This document shows positions 1-8,712 of a stretch of 64,000 bases of DNA, piece after piece; position 1 is the first letter of the stretch, and each line of letters starts with the position of its first letter. Position numbers and translations under genes: made by a program. The stretch covers positions 1,184,001-1,248,000 of the forward strand of contig OZ255726.1 of the NCBI GenBank assembly GCA_965277405.1, read 5' to 3'. This DNA is from Gammaproteobacteria bacterium. GTDB lineage: Bacteria > Pseudomonadota > Gammaproteobacteria > G965277405. The notes beneath the pieces are model-generated. The model was not told the origin of the DNA and did no database searches. It worked only from the letters and a program-made list of their open reading frames with translations.

Positions 1-535
1 GCAACTTTATCGGCTGGTTGTTAGAATTCAGCACCATGGTATCTTTAATGACAATACCTAATGTTTCGTAGAGCTCATGAATATCGCGTAACGTACTATG
101 GTGGAAGTTTGGCGTGTCATACCAGGCATATGGAATATTCTTGGCGACTGGCATTCTGGAGCGAAATGTTAAATAATACCGATTATACCAATGGCTGAAA
201 TTGTGTACCGTGATGATTCCCTCTTTGCCAACACGGAGTATTTCTTGCAACACTGTATCTGGGCGATATAGCGCCTGGAGAGTGTGTTTAAGAATCACCA
301 TGTCATAGCTGGCATCAGCGAAGTTATGAATACCTTGGTTTAAGTCCTGGTGAATGACATTCAGTCCCTTTTTTAAGCATTGGTTAATTTGCTCAACATC
401 GTTATCCAGCCCATAGCCGTGTACTTGTTTGTTGGTCACCAGTCGCTGCAACAATGCGCCATCACCACAACCAAGGTCGAGCACGCGAGAGTGTTGGTTC
501 ACCCACTTTTCAATAATTGCAAGTTCAGTATTCAC
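1..535 (-). CDS. metW: Methionine biosynthesis protein MetW (SAM-dependent methyltransferase fold), 3' end runs off the window
   Basis: Manual translation from GTG at 535, which overlaps the metX stop as GTGA: NTELAIIEKWVNQHSRVLDLGCGDG...WYDTPNFH. Canonical metX-metW pair; absent from the ORF track because it is truncated. Confidence 0.88.
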   Translation of the reverse strand, partial: MNTELAIIEKWVNQHSRVLDLGCGDGALLQRLVTNKQVHGYGLDNDVEQINQCLKKGLNVIHQDLNQGIHNFADASYDMVILKHTLQALYRPDTVLQEILRVGKEGIITVHNFSHWYNRYYLTFRSRMPVAKNIPYAWYDTPNFHHSTLRDIHELYETLGIVIKDTMVLNSNNQPIKL

Positions 536-1665
536 GTTGATGCCCGAAGAAAGTATGAAACTGCTTGATGATATTGCGGAACATTCATCAAAAATGAGTC
601 GTGACCATGCTCAGATTGGATACACAAATAACTGACATCTTTTTGCGCATGCAGCAATGCATCAACCATAATTTGTGACTGTTTGGGCGAGAACCGCCAA
701 TCACTGGAAAACGCAATAATCAAATATTTACAGTGCACCCGTTGCATTGCAGCAACCAAGTCTGCTGCGTACGCTTGACTTGGGTCAAAATAATCAAGCG
801 CACGCGTCATCAACAAATATGTATTTGCATCAAATTTCTCTGAAAACCGTTCGCCTTGATACTTTAAATAACTTTCAACTTCGAAGTCGATGGTGTTGTT
901 GCCAATCTGGATCGGCAGGTCAAGGCTACGACGACTGCGCCCAAATTTTGCACGCAGACTGCTGTCAGAAACATAGGTGATATGCCCCAACATTCTGGCT
1001 AATGTCAATCCTTGTTTTGGGTATGTGCCATGTTCGATATACCTGCCATCGAAAAAATTAGGGTCACGTTGGATATTTTGCCGAGCGACTTCGTTAAACG
1101 CAATATTTTGCGTCGTCAAGTTTGCAGCTGCGGCAATGACCACAACTTTGGTGATGTCGTTAGGATAATCAATACTCCATTGCATCGCTTGCATGCCACC
1201 TAGGCTGCCACCAACAATTGCGGCCCATTTTTGAATGTGTAAATGTTCCATTAATAATTTTTGGCTACGCACCCAATCTGGGACTGTGACAATTGGGAAA
1301 TCTGCTCCGTACGCTCGACCAGATTGTGGGTCAATACTCGTTGGTCCTGTGCTGCCATGGCAGCCACCAAGATTATTTGAACTAACAACAAACATGGTTG
1401 TTGTATCAATCGGTTGGTGCGGGCCTATCATATTGTCCCACCAGCCCACTTTGTCGCCATCAATAGCATCAATCCCAGCAGCGTGATGGTGTCCTGACAA
1501 GGCATGACAAATTAATACTGCGTTATCACCAGTTGCGTTTAGCGTTCCATATGTCTCATAGACAAGCTCAAAACTTGGCAGCAAGCCACCTTGTTCCAAG
1601 TTGAAAGACTGATTATGCGCGAATCGTTGCGGTTGAACGACGCCTACTGATGCTGCTGCATTCAT
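532..1665 (-). CDS. metX: Homoserine O-acyltransferase MetX
   Basis: LICHALSG, GGSLGGMQ nucleophile elbow, HGHDSFL. Confidence 0.95.
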   Translation of the reverse strand: MNAAASVGVVQPQRFAHNQSFNLEQGGLLPSFELVYETYGTLNATGDNAVLICHALSGHHHAAGIDAIDGDKVGWWDNMIGPHQPIDTTTMFVVSSNNLGGCHGSTGPTSIDPQSGRAYGADFPIVTVPDWVRSQKLLMEHLHIQKWAAIVGGSLGGMQAMQWSIDYPNDITKVVVIAAAANLTTQNIAFNEVARQNIQRDPNFFDGRYIEHGTYPKQGLTLARMLGHITYVSDSSLRAKFGRSRRSLDLPIQIGNNTIDFEVESYLKYQGERFSEKFDANTYLLMTRALDYFDPSQAYAADLVAAMQRVHCKYLIIAFSSDWRFSPKQSQIMVDALLHAQKDVSYLCIQSEHGHDSFLMNVPQYHQAVSYFLRAST

Positions 1666-1808
1666 TGAATTTATATGGTTTTCGCTGAAAATTATTCAGT
1701 TGCTAGTGTATAGAATATCAGTTGTTTTGTGCATACCATCAGCTCAATCAGCTACGCAATTGTGGTAAGATTATTGATTATAAAACCTAATACCCACCAA
1801 AATCATCA

Positions 1809-1839
1809 GGACACTCTGATTAAGCCCATGATGGACGAG
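1809..1839 (+). mobile_element. Isolated, degenerate left end of the miniature element family
   Basis: GGACACTCTGATTAAGCCCATGATGGACGAG vs GGAAGCTCTGATTAAGTCTATGATGGGCGAG at 3142. Confidence 0.7.
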
Positions 1840-1845
1840 GGGATT

Positions 1846-2406
1846 TCAATGGGAGACACCATCCTTGCGGATGACTTTGATAATCGTTAAGGCGATAATT
1901 TTAATATCAAACCAAAACGACTGGCGCTGCAGATACGCTTCGTCAAACATAACTTTGTGCTGGTCAGTAATATCTCTCCCATTAATTTGCGCCCAACCAG
2001 TCAAACCAGGTAATAAGCAATCAATCCCTAAGCGCTGGCGCGCAGCAATCAAATAGGTCTGTGATGGTAGCCCTGGTCTGGGGCCAACAAAGCTCATGTC
2101 TCCAATAAAAATACTCCAGAGTTGTGGTATTTCATCCAAGCTCGTGTTGCGCAGTAGTCTACCAATTTTGGTAAAATACACCTGCGGATCAGCAAAATCA
2201 TGTGTCGCGATATTTGGAGTATCAACAGCCATTGAGCGAAACTTCGCCATTCGAAAAATTTTGCTATCCTTGCCGACTCGCTTACTCCAAAATAATATTG
2301 GACCTGACGATGTTGCTTTAATACTCACGGCAATACAAATACTCAGTGGCAATGAAACGCATAGCCCGATAGCGGCTAATGTCCGGTCAAAAAAATATTT
2401 TGCCAT
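1846..2406 (-). CDS. Bacterial sugar transferase (polyprenyl-phosphate glycosylphosphotransferase, initiating)
   Basis: KFRSM, SLDEIPQL, GDMSFVGPRP, PGLTGWAQINGR motifs. Confidence 0.9.
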   Translation of the reverse strand: MAKYFFDRTLAAIGLCVSLPLSICIAVSIKATSSGPILFWSKRVGKDSKIFRMAKFRSMAVDTPNIATHDFADPQVYFTKIGRLLRNTSLDEIPQLWSIFIGDMSFVGPRPGLPSQTYLIAARQRLGIDCLLPGLTGWAQINGRDITDQHKVMFDEAYLQRQSFWFDIKIIALTIIKVIRKDGVSH

Positions 2407-2442
2407 CAGTCCAGTTGCAACAGATATAACGAAGTTAATGTG

Positions 2443-2958
2443 TTATTGCAGGGATGACTGAATAGCTGCAATTGCTTGTTGCCTATCACCCCATTCGTCA
2501 ATTTTAACCCACTTTCCTATTTCTAAATCCTTATAGTTTTCAAAGAAATGCTGAATTTGCTGGCGCAATAATGCTGGCACATCCGTAATATTTTTAATAT
2601 TTGCATACATCGTTGTTAACGAATCATGTGGTACGCATATTAACTTCGCATCATTACCTCCTTCATCCGACATTTGCAACACACCAACAGGTCTGCTGCG
2701 AATCACACACCCTGGCAATAGCGGATACGGGGTGATAACCAAGGCATCGAGTGGGTCGCCATCATCTGCAAGTGTATGTGGAATATACCCATAATTCGCT
2801 GGATAGAACATTGGGGTTGCCATAAATCTATCCACTACAATAACATCTGCATCTTTGTCGACCTCATATTTAATTGGGTCATGACTTGCGGGTATTTCGA
2901 TGATTACATTAATATCTTCTGGCAAGTTCTCTCCAGTTTTAATTTGCGCATAGCCCAT
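2443..2958 (-). CDS. ppa: Inorganic pyrophosphatase (family I)
   Basis: [20 protein letters not shown]; start taken at MGYAQ (2958). Confidence 0.95.
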   Translation of the reverse strand: MGYAQIKTGENLPEDINVIIEIPASHDPIKYEVDKDADVIVVDRFMATPMFYPANYGYIPHTLADDGDPLDALVITPYPLLPGCVIRSRPVGVLQMSDEGGNDAKLICVPHDSLTTMYANIKNITDVPALLRQQIQHFFENYKDLEIGKWVKIDEWGDRQQAIAAIQSSLQ

Positions 2959-3141
2959 GTTTTTTTCCTTAATAAATAAAAAATTTAGCAACTAGTTGCC
3001 TGAGACATTTGTGTTTTTAAAACCACTATATATAGAACTTAAAAAATATAGAACATAAATTACAATTTGAATTACTAACACACATATCAATTCATCACCT
3101 TTTCAGTTACATTGGAGGCTATTTATCCAGCATATCACTAA

Positions 3142-3414
3142 GGAAGCTCTGATTAAGTCTATGATGGGCGAGACGGAGAAAAAACGCTGATGATAACTAG
3201 ACGCAGCACTTGATAATACTGGTGGTATTATCAAGTGCTGCAACGACGTTAGCGCAGCGTTTTTTCCCGTCCTTCTGTTGAATATACTTTGGGTTTGCGG
3301 CAATTGCTGTGCTTGCTGTGTTGCATACCTTGGCGTATATGCTACGGCATGCGCCTTGCAATCATCAGCAATTACCATCAAACTCGCTCCATCAGCGACT
3401 TAATCAGAGGTTCC
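3142..3414 (+). mobile_element. Miniature inverted-repeat element, copy A (273 bp)
   Basis: Ends GGAAGCTCTGATTAAGTC and GACTTAATCAGAGGTTCC; flanking direct repeat CTAA at 3138-3141 and 3415-3418; body shared with copies at 8093, 11412 and 16538. Confidence 0.93.
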
Positions 3415-3422
3415 CTAACAGC

Positions 3423-4079
3423 ATGGACAAATTTACTGTACATTCAGGAGTTATCGCGCCAATTGACAAAAGAAATATCGACACCGATCAGATTATTCCA
3501 AAACAGTTTCTGAAATCTATTAAACGCACGGGCTTTGGAGATTTTTTGTTTGATAATTGGCGGTTTACGGATGAAGGGAATTTGCACCTGCGACCAGAGC
3601 AGCGCCATAAAAACCCTGAATTTATCCTCAACAATCCTGCATATAGCAATGCAACTATATTGCTTGCAAAGGAAAATTTTGGCTGCGGCTCCAGCCGAGA
3701 ACACGCATTATGGGCGCTGGTTGACTATGGTTTTCGTGTTGTATTAGCGCCATCGTTTGCTGATATTTTTTATTCAAACAGCTTTAAAAATGGGCTGTTG
3801 CCAATTGTTATTTCTAACAAGATATGCGATCAACTCATGGACAGTAGTAGGCGCTGTGCGCAACATACGCTCTACGTTGACCTCCCCGAGCAAACATGTA
3901 TGTTTGAACAAAGCACCATTCAACAGCAACTTAAGTTTTCTTTCTCAATAGATCCTGCGCTCAAATATCGGCTGATACACGGTCTTGATGATATTGATGC
4001 TACGCTTGAACACAGCGCCAAAATACATGCGTATGAAGATCAACGACGTACGGTAACACCTTGGCTTTTTATTGAATAA
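3423..4079 (+). CDS. leuD: 3-isopropylmalate dehydratase small subunit
   Basis: [24 protein letters not shown]; true start MDKF at 3423 (the longer ORF-track N-terminus comes from the miniature element). Confidence 0.95.
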   Translation: MDKFTVHSGVIAPIDKRNIDTDQIIPKQFLKSIKRTGFGDFLFDNWRFTDEGNLHLRPEQRHKNPEFILNNPAYSNATILLAKENFGCGSSREHALWALVDYGFRVVLAPSFADIFYSNSFKNGLLPIVISNKICDQLMDSSRRCAQHTLYVDLPEQTCMFEQSTIQQQLKFSFSIDPALKYRLIHGLDDIDATLEHSAKIHAYEDQRRTVTPWLFIE

Positions 4080-4084
4080 ATATC

Positions 4085-5161
4085 ATGGCACAACATACTA
4101 TCCTCTTACTGCCAGGCGATGGAATCGGTCCAGAAATTATTGCCCAGTCAAAACGAGTATTAGCGCATATTGCAACACAGTTTGCGCTTGATCTGCAAAT
4201 CAGCCAAGGGCTGATTGGCGGCTGCAGCATTGATATCCATGGGACGCCGCTTACAGACGCAACAGTGGCTGCTGCTCGCGCTGCAGATGCGGTATTGCTT
4301 GGCGCAGTAGGCGGTCCAAAATGGGATAATTTACCGATGAGCGCCAGGGCAGAAGCAGGATTGCTGAAAATTCGCAAAGAACTCGATTTATTTACCAATT
4401 TGCGCCCTGCTGTTGTTTTTTCTGCATTACTCGATGCATCAACACTCAAAGCAGATATTATTGAAGGCCTAGACATTATGATCGTGCGTGAATTGACGTC
4501 TGGTATTTATTTTGGTGAGCCAAAAGGAATATCAACGACGTCAGGTGAACGGTTTGCCTTTAATACAATGCGCTATAGCGAGAGCGAAATTGCTCGTGTT
4601 GTGCGAGTTGCCTGTAAGATTGCACAACAACGCCAATCGCGTCTCTGCTCTGTTGATAAAGCCAACGTCCTAGATGTGTCGCAACTCTGGCGCGAAGTTA
4701 CAAACGATATTGTCGCCAGTGAATTTCCTGATATTAAGCTATCACACATGTACGTGGATAACGCGGCGATGCAGCTAGTACGCGACCCAAAACAATTTGA
4801 CGTAATTGTCACCGGTAATCTTTTTGGTGATATTTTATCCGATTGTGCCGCAATGCTGACAGGTTCTATTGGCATGTTACCGTCCGCATCCATCAGTTGT
4901 GATACTGCGGCTGTATACGAGCCAGTCCATGGTAGTGCTCCTGATCTTGCGGGTAAAAATATTGCAAATCCGTGTGCAACATTCTTATCGATTGCAATGA
5001 TGATGCAATATAGTTTGGCTCGACCAGACATTGCTTTGGCAATCACCCAAGCCATTGCAACAACACTCAATCAAGGTTACCGCACCCGTGATTTGCATAG
5101 CGACGGAATTACAACTAAGGCAATGACCGATTATGTGCTAATGAATCTTACTTCACCATAA
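4085..5161 (+). CDS. leuB: 3-isopropylmalate dehydrogenase
   Basis: [27 protein letters not shown]. Confidence 0.96.
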   Translation: MAQHTILLLPGDGIGPEIIAQSKRVLAHIATQFALDLQISQGLIGGCSIDIHGTPLTDATVAAARAADAVLLGAVGGPKWDNLPMSARAEAGLLKIRKELDLFTNLRPAVVFSALLDASTLKADIIEGLDIMIVRELTSGIYFGEPKGISTTSGERFAFNTMRYSESEIARVVRVACKIAQQRQSRLCSVDKANVLDVSQLWREVTNDIVASEFPDIKLSHMYVDNAAMQLVRDPKQFDVIVTGNLFGDILSDCAAMLTGSIGMLPSASISCDTAAVYEPVHGSAPDLAGKNIANPCATFLSIAMMMQYSLARPDIALAITQAIATTLNQGYRTRDLHSDGITTKAMTDYVLMNLTSP

Positions 5162-5176
5162 ACTTTCGAATTTAGC

Positions 5177-6220
5177 ATGAGTAAAAATCAAAAGCGTTTT
5201 CCTGTTGCAATTGTCGGCGCTACTGGCGCAGTTGGTAAGGCATTACTCGACGTGATTGCTGAGCTCCGCTTTCCATATAGTGACTTATATTTATTGGCAA
5301 GTGCAAGATCCGCGGGTAAGACCATCGTGTATGCTGGAACAACGTACACGATACAAGACGTCGAACAATTTAACTTTTCTCAATGTGCTATTGCTTTTTT
5401 TTCTGCAGGTGCGGCTGTTTCTGCTGTACACGCGCCGCGTGCCGCGCAAGCAGGGTGTATTGTTGTTGACAACACTTCACACTTTCGCCGTGATGATGAC
5501 ATTCCTCTCATTGTTCCAGAGGTAAATATTCATATGCTTGATCAGGTTCTTAATTACAATATTATTGCCAATCCTAACTGCTCAACTATTCAAATGGTTA
5601 CAGCACTCAAGCCCATCCATGATGTTGCAACACTTAAGAGAATCAATGTTGCCACGTATCAGGCCGTGTCTGGCTCAGGCTATCAAGCTATTGATGAATT
5701 AAATGCTCAATTACATAAATACAGCGCAGGAGGAAAACTCGGGCTAGATGATGCCAAAGTGTATCCGCAACCAATTGCACTCAACGCAATACCACATATT
5801 GATGTGTTTCTAGAGAATGGTTATACCAAAGAAGAAATGAAAATGGTCTGGGAAACCCAGAAAATTTTTGACTCAACTGATATTAAAGTTAACCCGACCT
5901 GCGTGCGCATTCCTGTTGTGTATGGCCATAGCGAGGCTATACATATTGAAACAGTAAATCATGTTTCAGTTACGCAAGTGCGCGACTTACTGAGCAATGC
6001 TCCTGGAGTTAAAGTTGTCGATGACCCTGCAAATAACCAATATCCGACAGCGCTGATACACAGTGCAGGGAATAATGACGTGTGGATTGGTCGAATCCGT
6101 GAGGATATTAGTTGCCAAAATGGACTTTGCTTATGGGTGGTTTCTGATAACATCCGCAAAGGGGCAGCGGCAAACAGTGTTCAAATAGGACAAGCGCTAA
6201 ACGCAGCAGGTTTCATTTAG
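5177..6220 (+). CDS. asd: Aspartate-semialdehyde dehydrogenase
   Basis: GATGAVG, IIANPNCST, DNIRKGAA. Confidence 0.95.
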   Translation: MSKNQKRFPVAIVGATGAVGKALLDVIAELRFPYSDLYLLASARSAGKTIVYAGTTYTIQDVEQFNFSQCAIAFFSAGAAVSAVHAPRAAQAGCIVVDNTSHFRRDDDIPLIVPEVNIHMLDQVLNYNIIANPNCSTIQMVTALKPIHDVATLKRINVATYQAVSGSGYQAIDELNAQLHKYSAGGKLGLDDAKVYPQPIALNAIPHIDVFLENGYTKEEMKMVWETQKIFDSTDIKVNPTCVRIPVVYGHSEAIHIETVNHVSVTQVRDLLSNAPGVKVVDDPANNQYPTALIHSAGNNDVWIGRIREDISCQNGLCLWVVSDNIRKGAAANSVQIGQALNAAGFI

Positions 6221-6262
6221 TTCACCTAGAGTAAACTGGTTATTGAACAGTAAAATATAATT

Positions 6263-7606
6263 ATGCGTAAACATTACCTCAAGCTATTCATTGCAGCGTT
6301 TGCGCTCGTTTCATTCAGTGCTCAAGCAAAAAATGATTTAGGAGGGATTTATCTTGTTGCAACCGACCCGTTTTTTGCTGAAATTCCAGTTTGTAACATT
6401 GACAGCGCTATTACTGACTTTCAAGCAAAAATATCTGAAAGAGAATCTTCGGCACCGAATGAATTTATTGAGGCAACGGATGTAATTTTTGAATCGTTTG
6501 TCCCTGGTGAAGGATTGATAACAATCTCATCATCTGCAGCACTGCCCAAAGGAGCGTCACTGGCAATATCGCTCGAAGCAGCAAACACTTCTCCAATTAC
6601 TCACATTTATTCAGATTATTCCAAGCAAGCCCCACAATCATATTCTTGTGCAAAATTGCTACCAACTGCTGCAGATACTATCCCTGTACTCGCTAAAACT
6701 CGCAAAGTACTTCCTACCGCATTAAACCCGACCCCAACCAAAGCAACACCGCAATTTATTGATGTAGTACGTGGGGATTCATGGAGAAACCTTGCAGAAA
6801 TGATCAATATTGCATTTTATGATGGTCGGTTTTCTGATGAGCAAGTAATGGTCGCCCTCAGAAAAAAAATCTACGAAAACAACCCTACAAGCGCAGGATT
6901 TTTACAAAACAAAGATTTTATACCACTGCGCGTCCCAGTTCCATCTATAGATGAAATAGCTGCAATTAGTAGTTTTGAAGCAATCAGCTATGCACAATTA
7001 TTAGATTCAAAACCATACGTCAACAGCCACGATCGAGAAAATCTACAATCTTCTTTTCTATTGCCAACAGCTGAAAGTGGCGTATTACTGTATCGTGATG
7101 ATAAAGGAAACTTATTCCGGCAGCAAATGCCGAATCAAAAACCACAATCTTTCACAATTGTGAAAAACACCAAAAAAGCCAAATCCAGAACTGAATTAAA
7201 GACAGTTAAGAAAAAACTTGGCGCTGCGAATAAAACTATCACTTCGCTGCGGAGTAGAATAAATTTGCTTGATAAAAAAATAATCGTGCTCAATCAGCAA
7301 GCGGAAGAAAACATTGTTAAAATCACCAAGCTACAAGAGATATTGCAAATTTCTCGCGCCGACCTAAGCAAGGTCCAGGCAAAAGTGGATGAGCTAGAAG
7401 CTACAAATGATGAATTATTAAATCGTGGATTGTTTGACTATATTGTTAAAGAAGCAGCTGATGCGGGTTTTTTCGTGTTGTTTATTATAGTAATTCTGTT
7501 AGCAACATTGCTGTATTTAAGATCTCTTTCTAATAAAATAATTGGAAGACTTCCAGAAAGAATTATTGGTTCTTATTATAATAACGTTTCCAAAAAAAAA
7601 AAATAA
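6263..7606 (+). CDS. fimV: FimV/HubP-like polar landmark protein, N-terminal part (signal peptide, LysM-like region, coiled coil, TM helix)
   Basis: VVRGDSW..A...SDEQVMVAL...NP..F LysM-type segment, coiled coil, TM; lies after asd as fimV does; stops just after an A12 run. Confidence 0.6.
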   Translation: MRKHYLKLFIAAFALVSFSAQAKNDLGGIYLVATDPFFAEIPVCNIDSAITDFQAKISERESSAPNEFIEATDVIFESFVPGEGLITISSSAALPKGASLAISLEAANTSPITHIYSDYSKQAPQSYSCAKLLPTAADTIPVLAKTRKVLPTALNPTPTKATPQFIDVVRGDSWRNLAEMINIAFYDGRFSDEQVMVALRKKIYENNPTSAGFLQNKDFIPLRVPVPSIDEIAAISSFEAISYAQLLDSKPYVNSHDRENLQSSFLLPTAESGVLLYRDDKGNLFRQQMPNQKPQSFTIVKNTKKAKSRTELKTVKKKLGAANKTITSLRSRINLLDKKIIVLNQQAEENIVKITKLQEILQISRADLSKVQAKVDELEATNDELLNRGLFDYIVKEAADAGFFVLFIIVILLATLLYLRSLSNKIIGRLPERIIGSYYNNVSKKKK

Positions 7607-7611
7607 AACCT

Positions 7612-8070
7612 ATGGTGCGTAGGCAAAATGCTGCGCCCACTATAAATCCTCAAGCAAAGCAATCCTCTCCAGTTGTTGCCGCCACACCACCACCTGTGAT
7701 ATTACCAGAAAATCCAACCATCAGTGTGCGGTCGCCACGACCAATCCCAACAGTTCAAAATCAACAACCTGCAGCAAAAAGACCGCAATTACCAATTGTC
7801 GCTCCTGCTGAAACAACGCATCCTCTAGACTCAGACACCAACGCAGCAGCGTATGGGGACAAAACTGATGAAATCCCGAGTACGGATACAGATATGGAGT
7901 ATTTTGACAATGACCAGATAGAATCAGATTTAGACGTTGCCCGCGCCTATATAAGCATGGGCGATATTACTGAAGCTCGAGAAATACTTGATGATATAAT
8001 TAACAGCGCCAACAATAAACAGCATAAAAAAACAGCGCAAGAATTGCTCAACCAAATACAAGGCAAGTAA
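7612..8070 (+). CDS. fimV: FimV C-terminal part (Pro-rich/acidic linker and C-terminal TPR-like domain)
   Basis: LDVARAYISMGDITEAREILDDI matches the FimV C-terminal signature; joins the upstream ORF if the A run has 13 or 10 A. Confidence 0.75.
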   Translation: MVRRQNAAPTINPQAKQSSPVVAATPPPVILPENPTISVRSPRPIPTVQNQQPAAKRPQLPIVAPAETTHPLDSDTNAAAYGDKTDEIPSTDTDMEYFDNDQIESDLDVARAYISMGDITEAREILDDIINSANNKQHKKTAQELLNQIQGK

Positions 8071-8092
8071 ATTACTATCAGAGGTTCCCTAT

Positions 8093-8371
8093 GGAAGCTC
8101 TGATTTATTCCATGATAGGCGAGACGGAGAAAAAACGCTGATGATAACTAGACGAAGTGCGCAGATAATACTGGTGGTATTATCAAGTGCTGCAACGACG
8201 TTAGCGCAGCGTTTTTTCCCGTCTTTCTGTTGAATATATGATGGTTTGCCTACAAGCGGTACTTGCTGTGTTGCATCCCTTGGCGTATATGCTACGGCAT
8301 ACGCTTAGCGCCTTGCAATCATCAGCAATTGCAGGCAAACTCGCTCCATCAGCGAGTTAATCAGAGCTTCC
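8093..8371 (+). mobile_element. Miniature inverted-repeat element, copy B (279 bp), preceded by a right-end remnant (8077-8088)
   Basis: GGAAGCTCTGATT...AATCAGAGCTTCC flanked by CTAT/CTAT. Confidence 0.93.
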
Positions 8372-8712
8372 CTATGGAATGTAGTTATTCGCCCGCTGCA
8401 TAAACATAGCTTATGTCTACCAATGCAGACATGAGCTGCGGGCTAGCTTATTTTGTCAGTTTAGATTAGGGCCGCATTCTGTTCTATCTAAATCGTTTTA
8501 TCCTGATGTTTTCGTCAATATTGTAATCGACTCTCGATTTGTCTAGCTCATGTTGTGGATTCGACACATTGTCTTACAGCTGCTGTGCTTAACTGCAGTT
8601 AATACTACTCACTTAAACTGTTGTATGAAGCCGTTTACAAATGCTATTGCGCTGTGGTGATTATATAACTTGATTTATCCATGTATCATATTGTATCGAG
8701 AAATATCTCTAT

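Noticed and set aside
1666-1845. SAM riboswitch upstream of metX
   Set aside because: No recognisable SAM-I, SAM-II or SAM-V consensus by eye; an Rfam scan would settle it.
3103-3513. Short ORFs overlapping the element copies (also 11520-11757 and 16549-16955)
   Set aside because: Frames are broken by indels between copies; they are by-products of the repeat.
8545-8575. GGATTCGAC resembling the tmRNA 5' end or a tRNA T-loop
   Set aside because: No GGGG start, acceptor stem, cloverleaf or CCA end.
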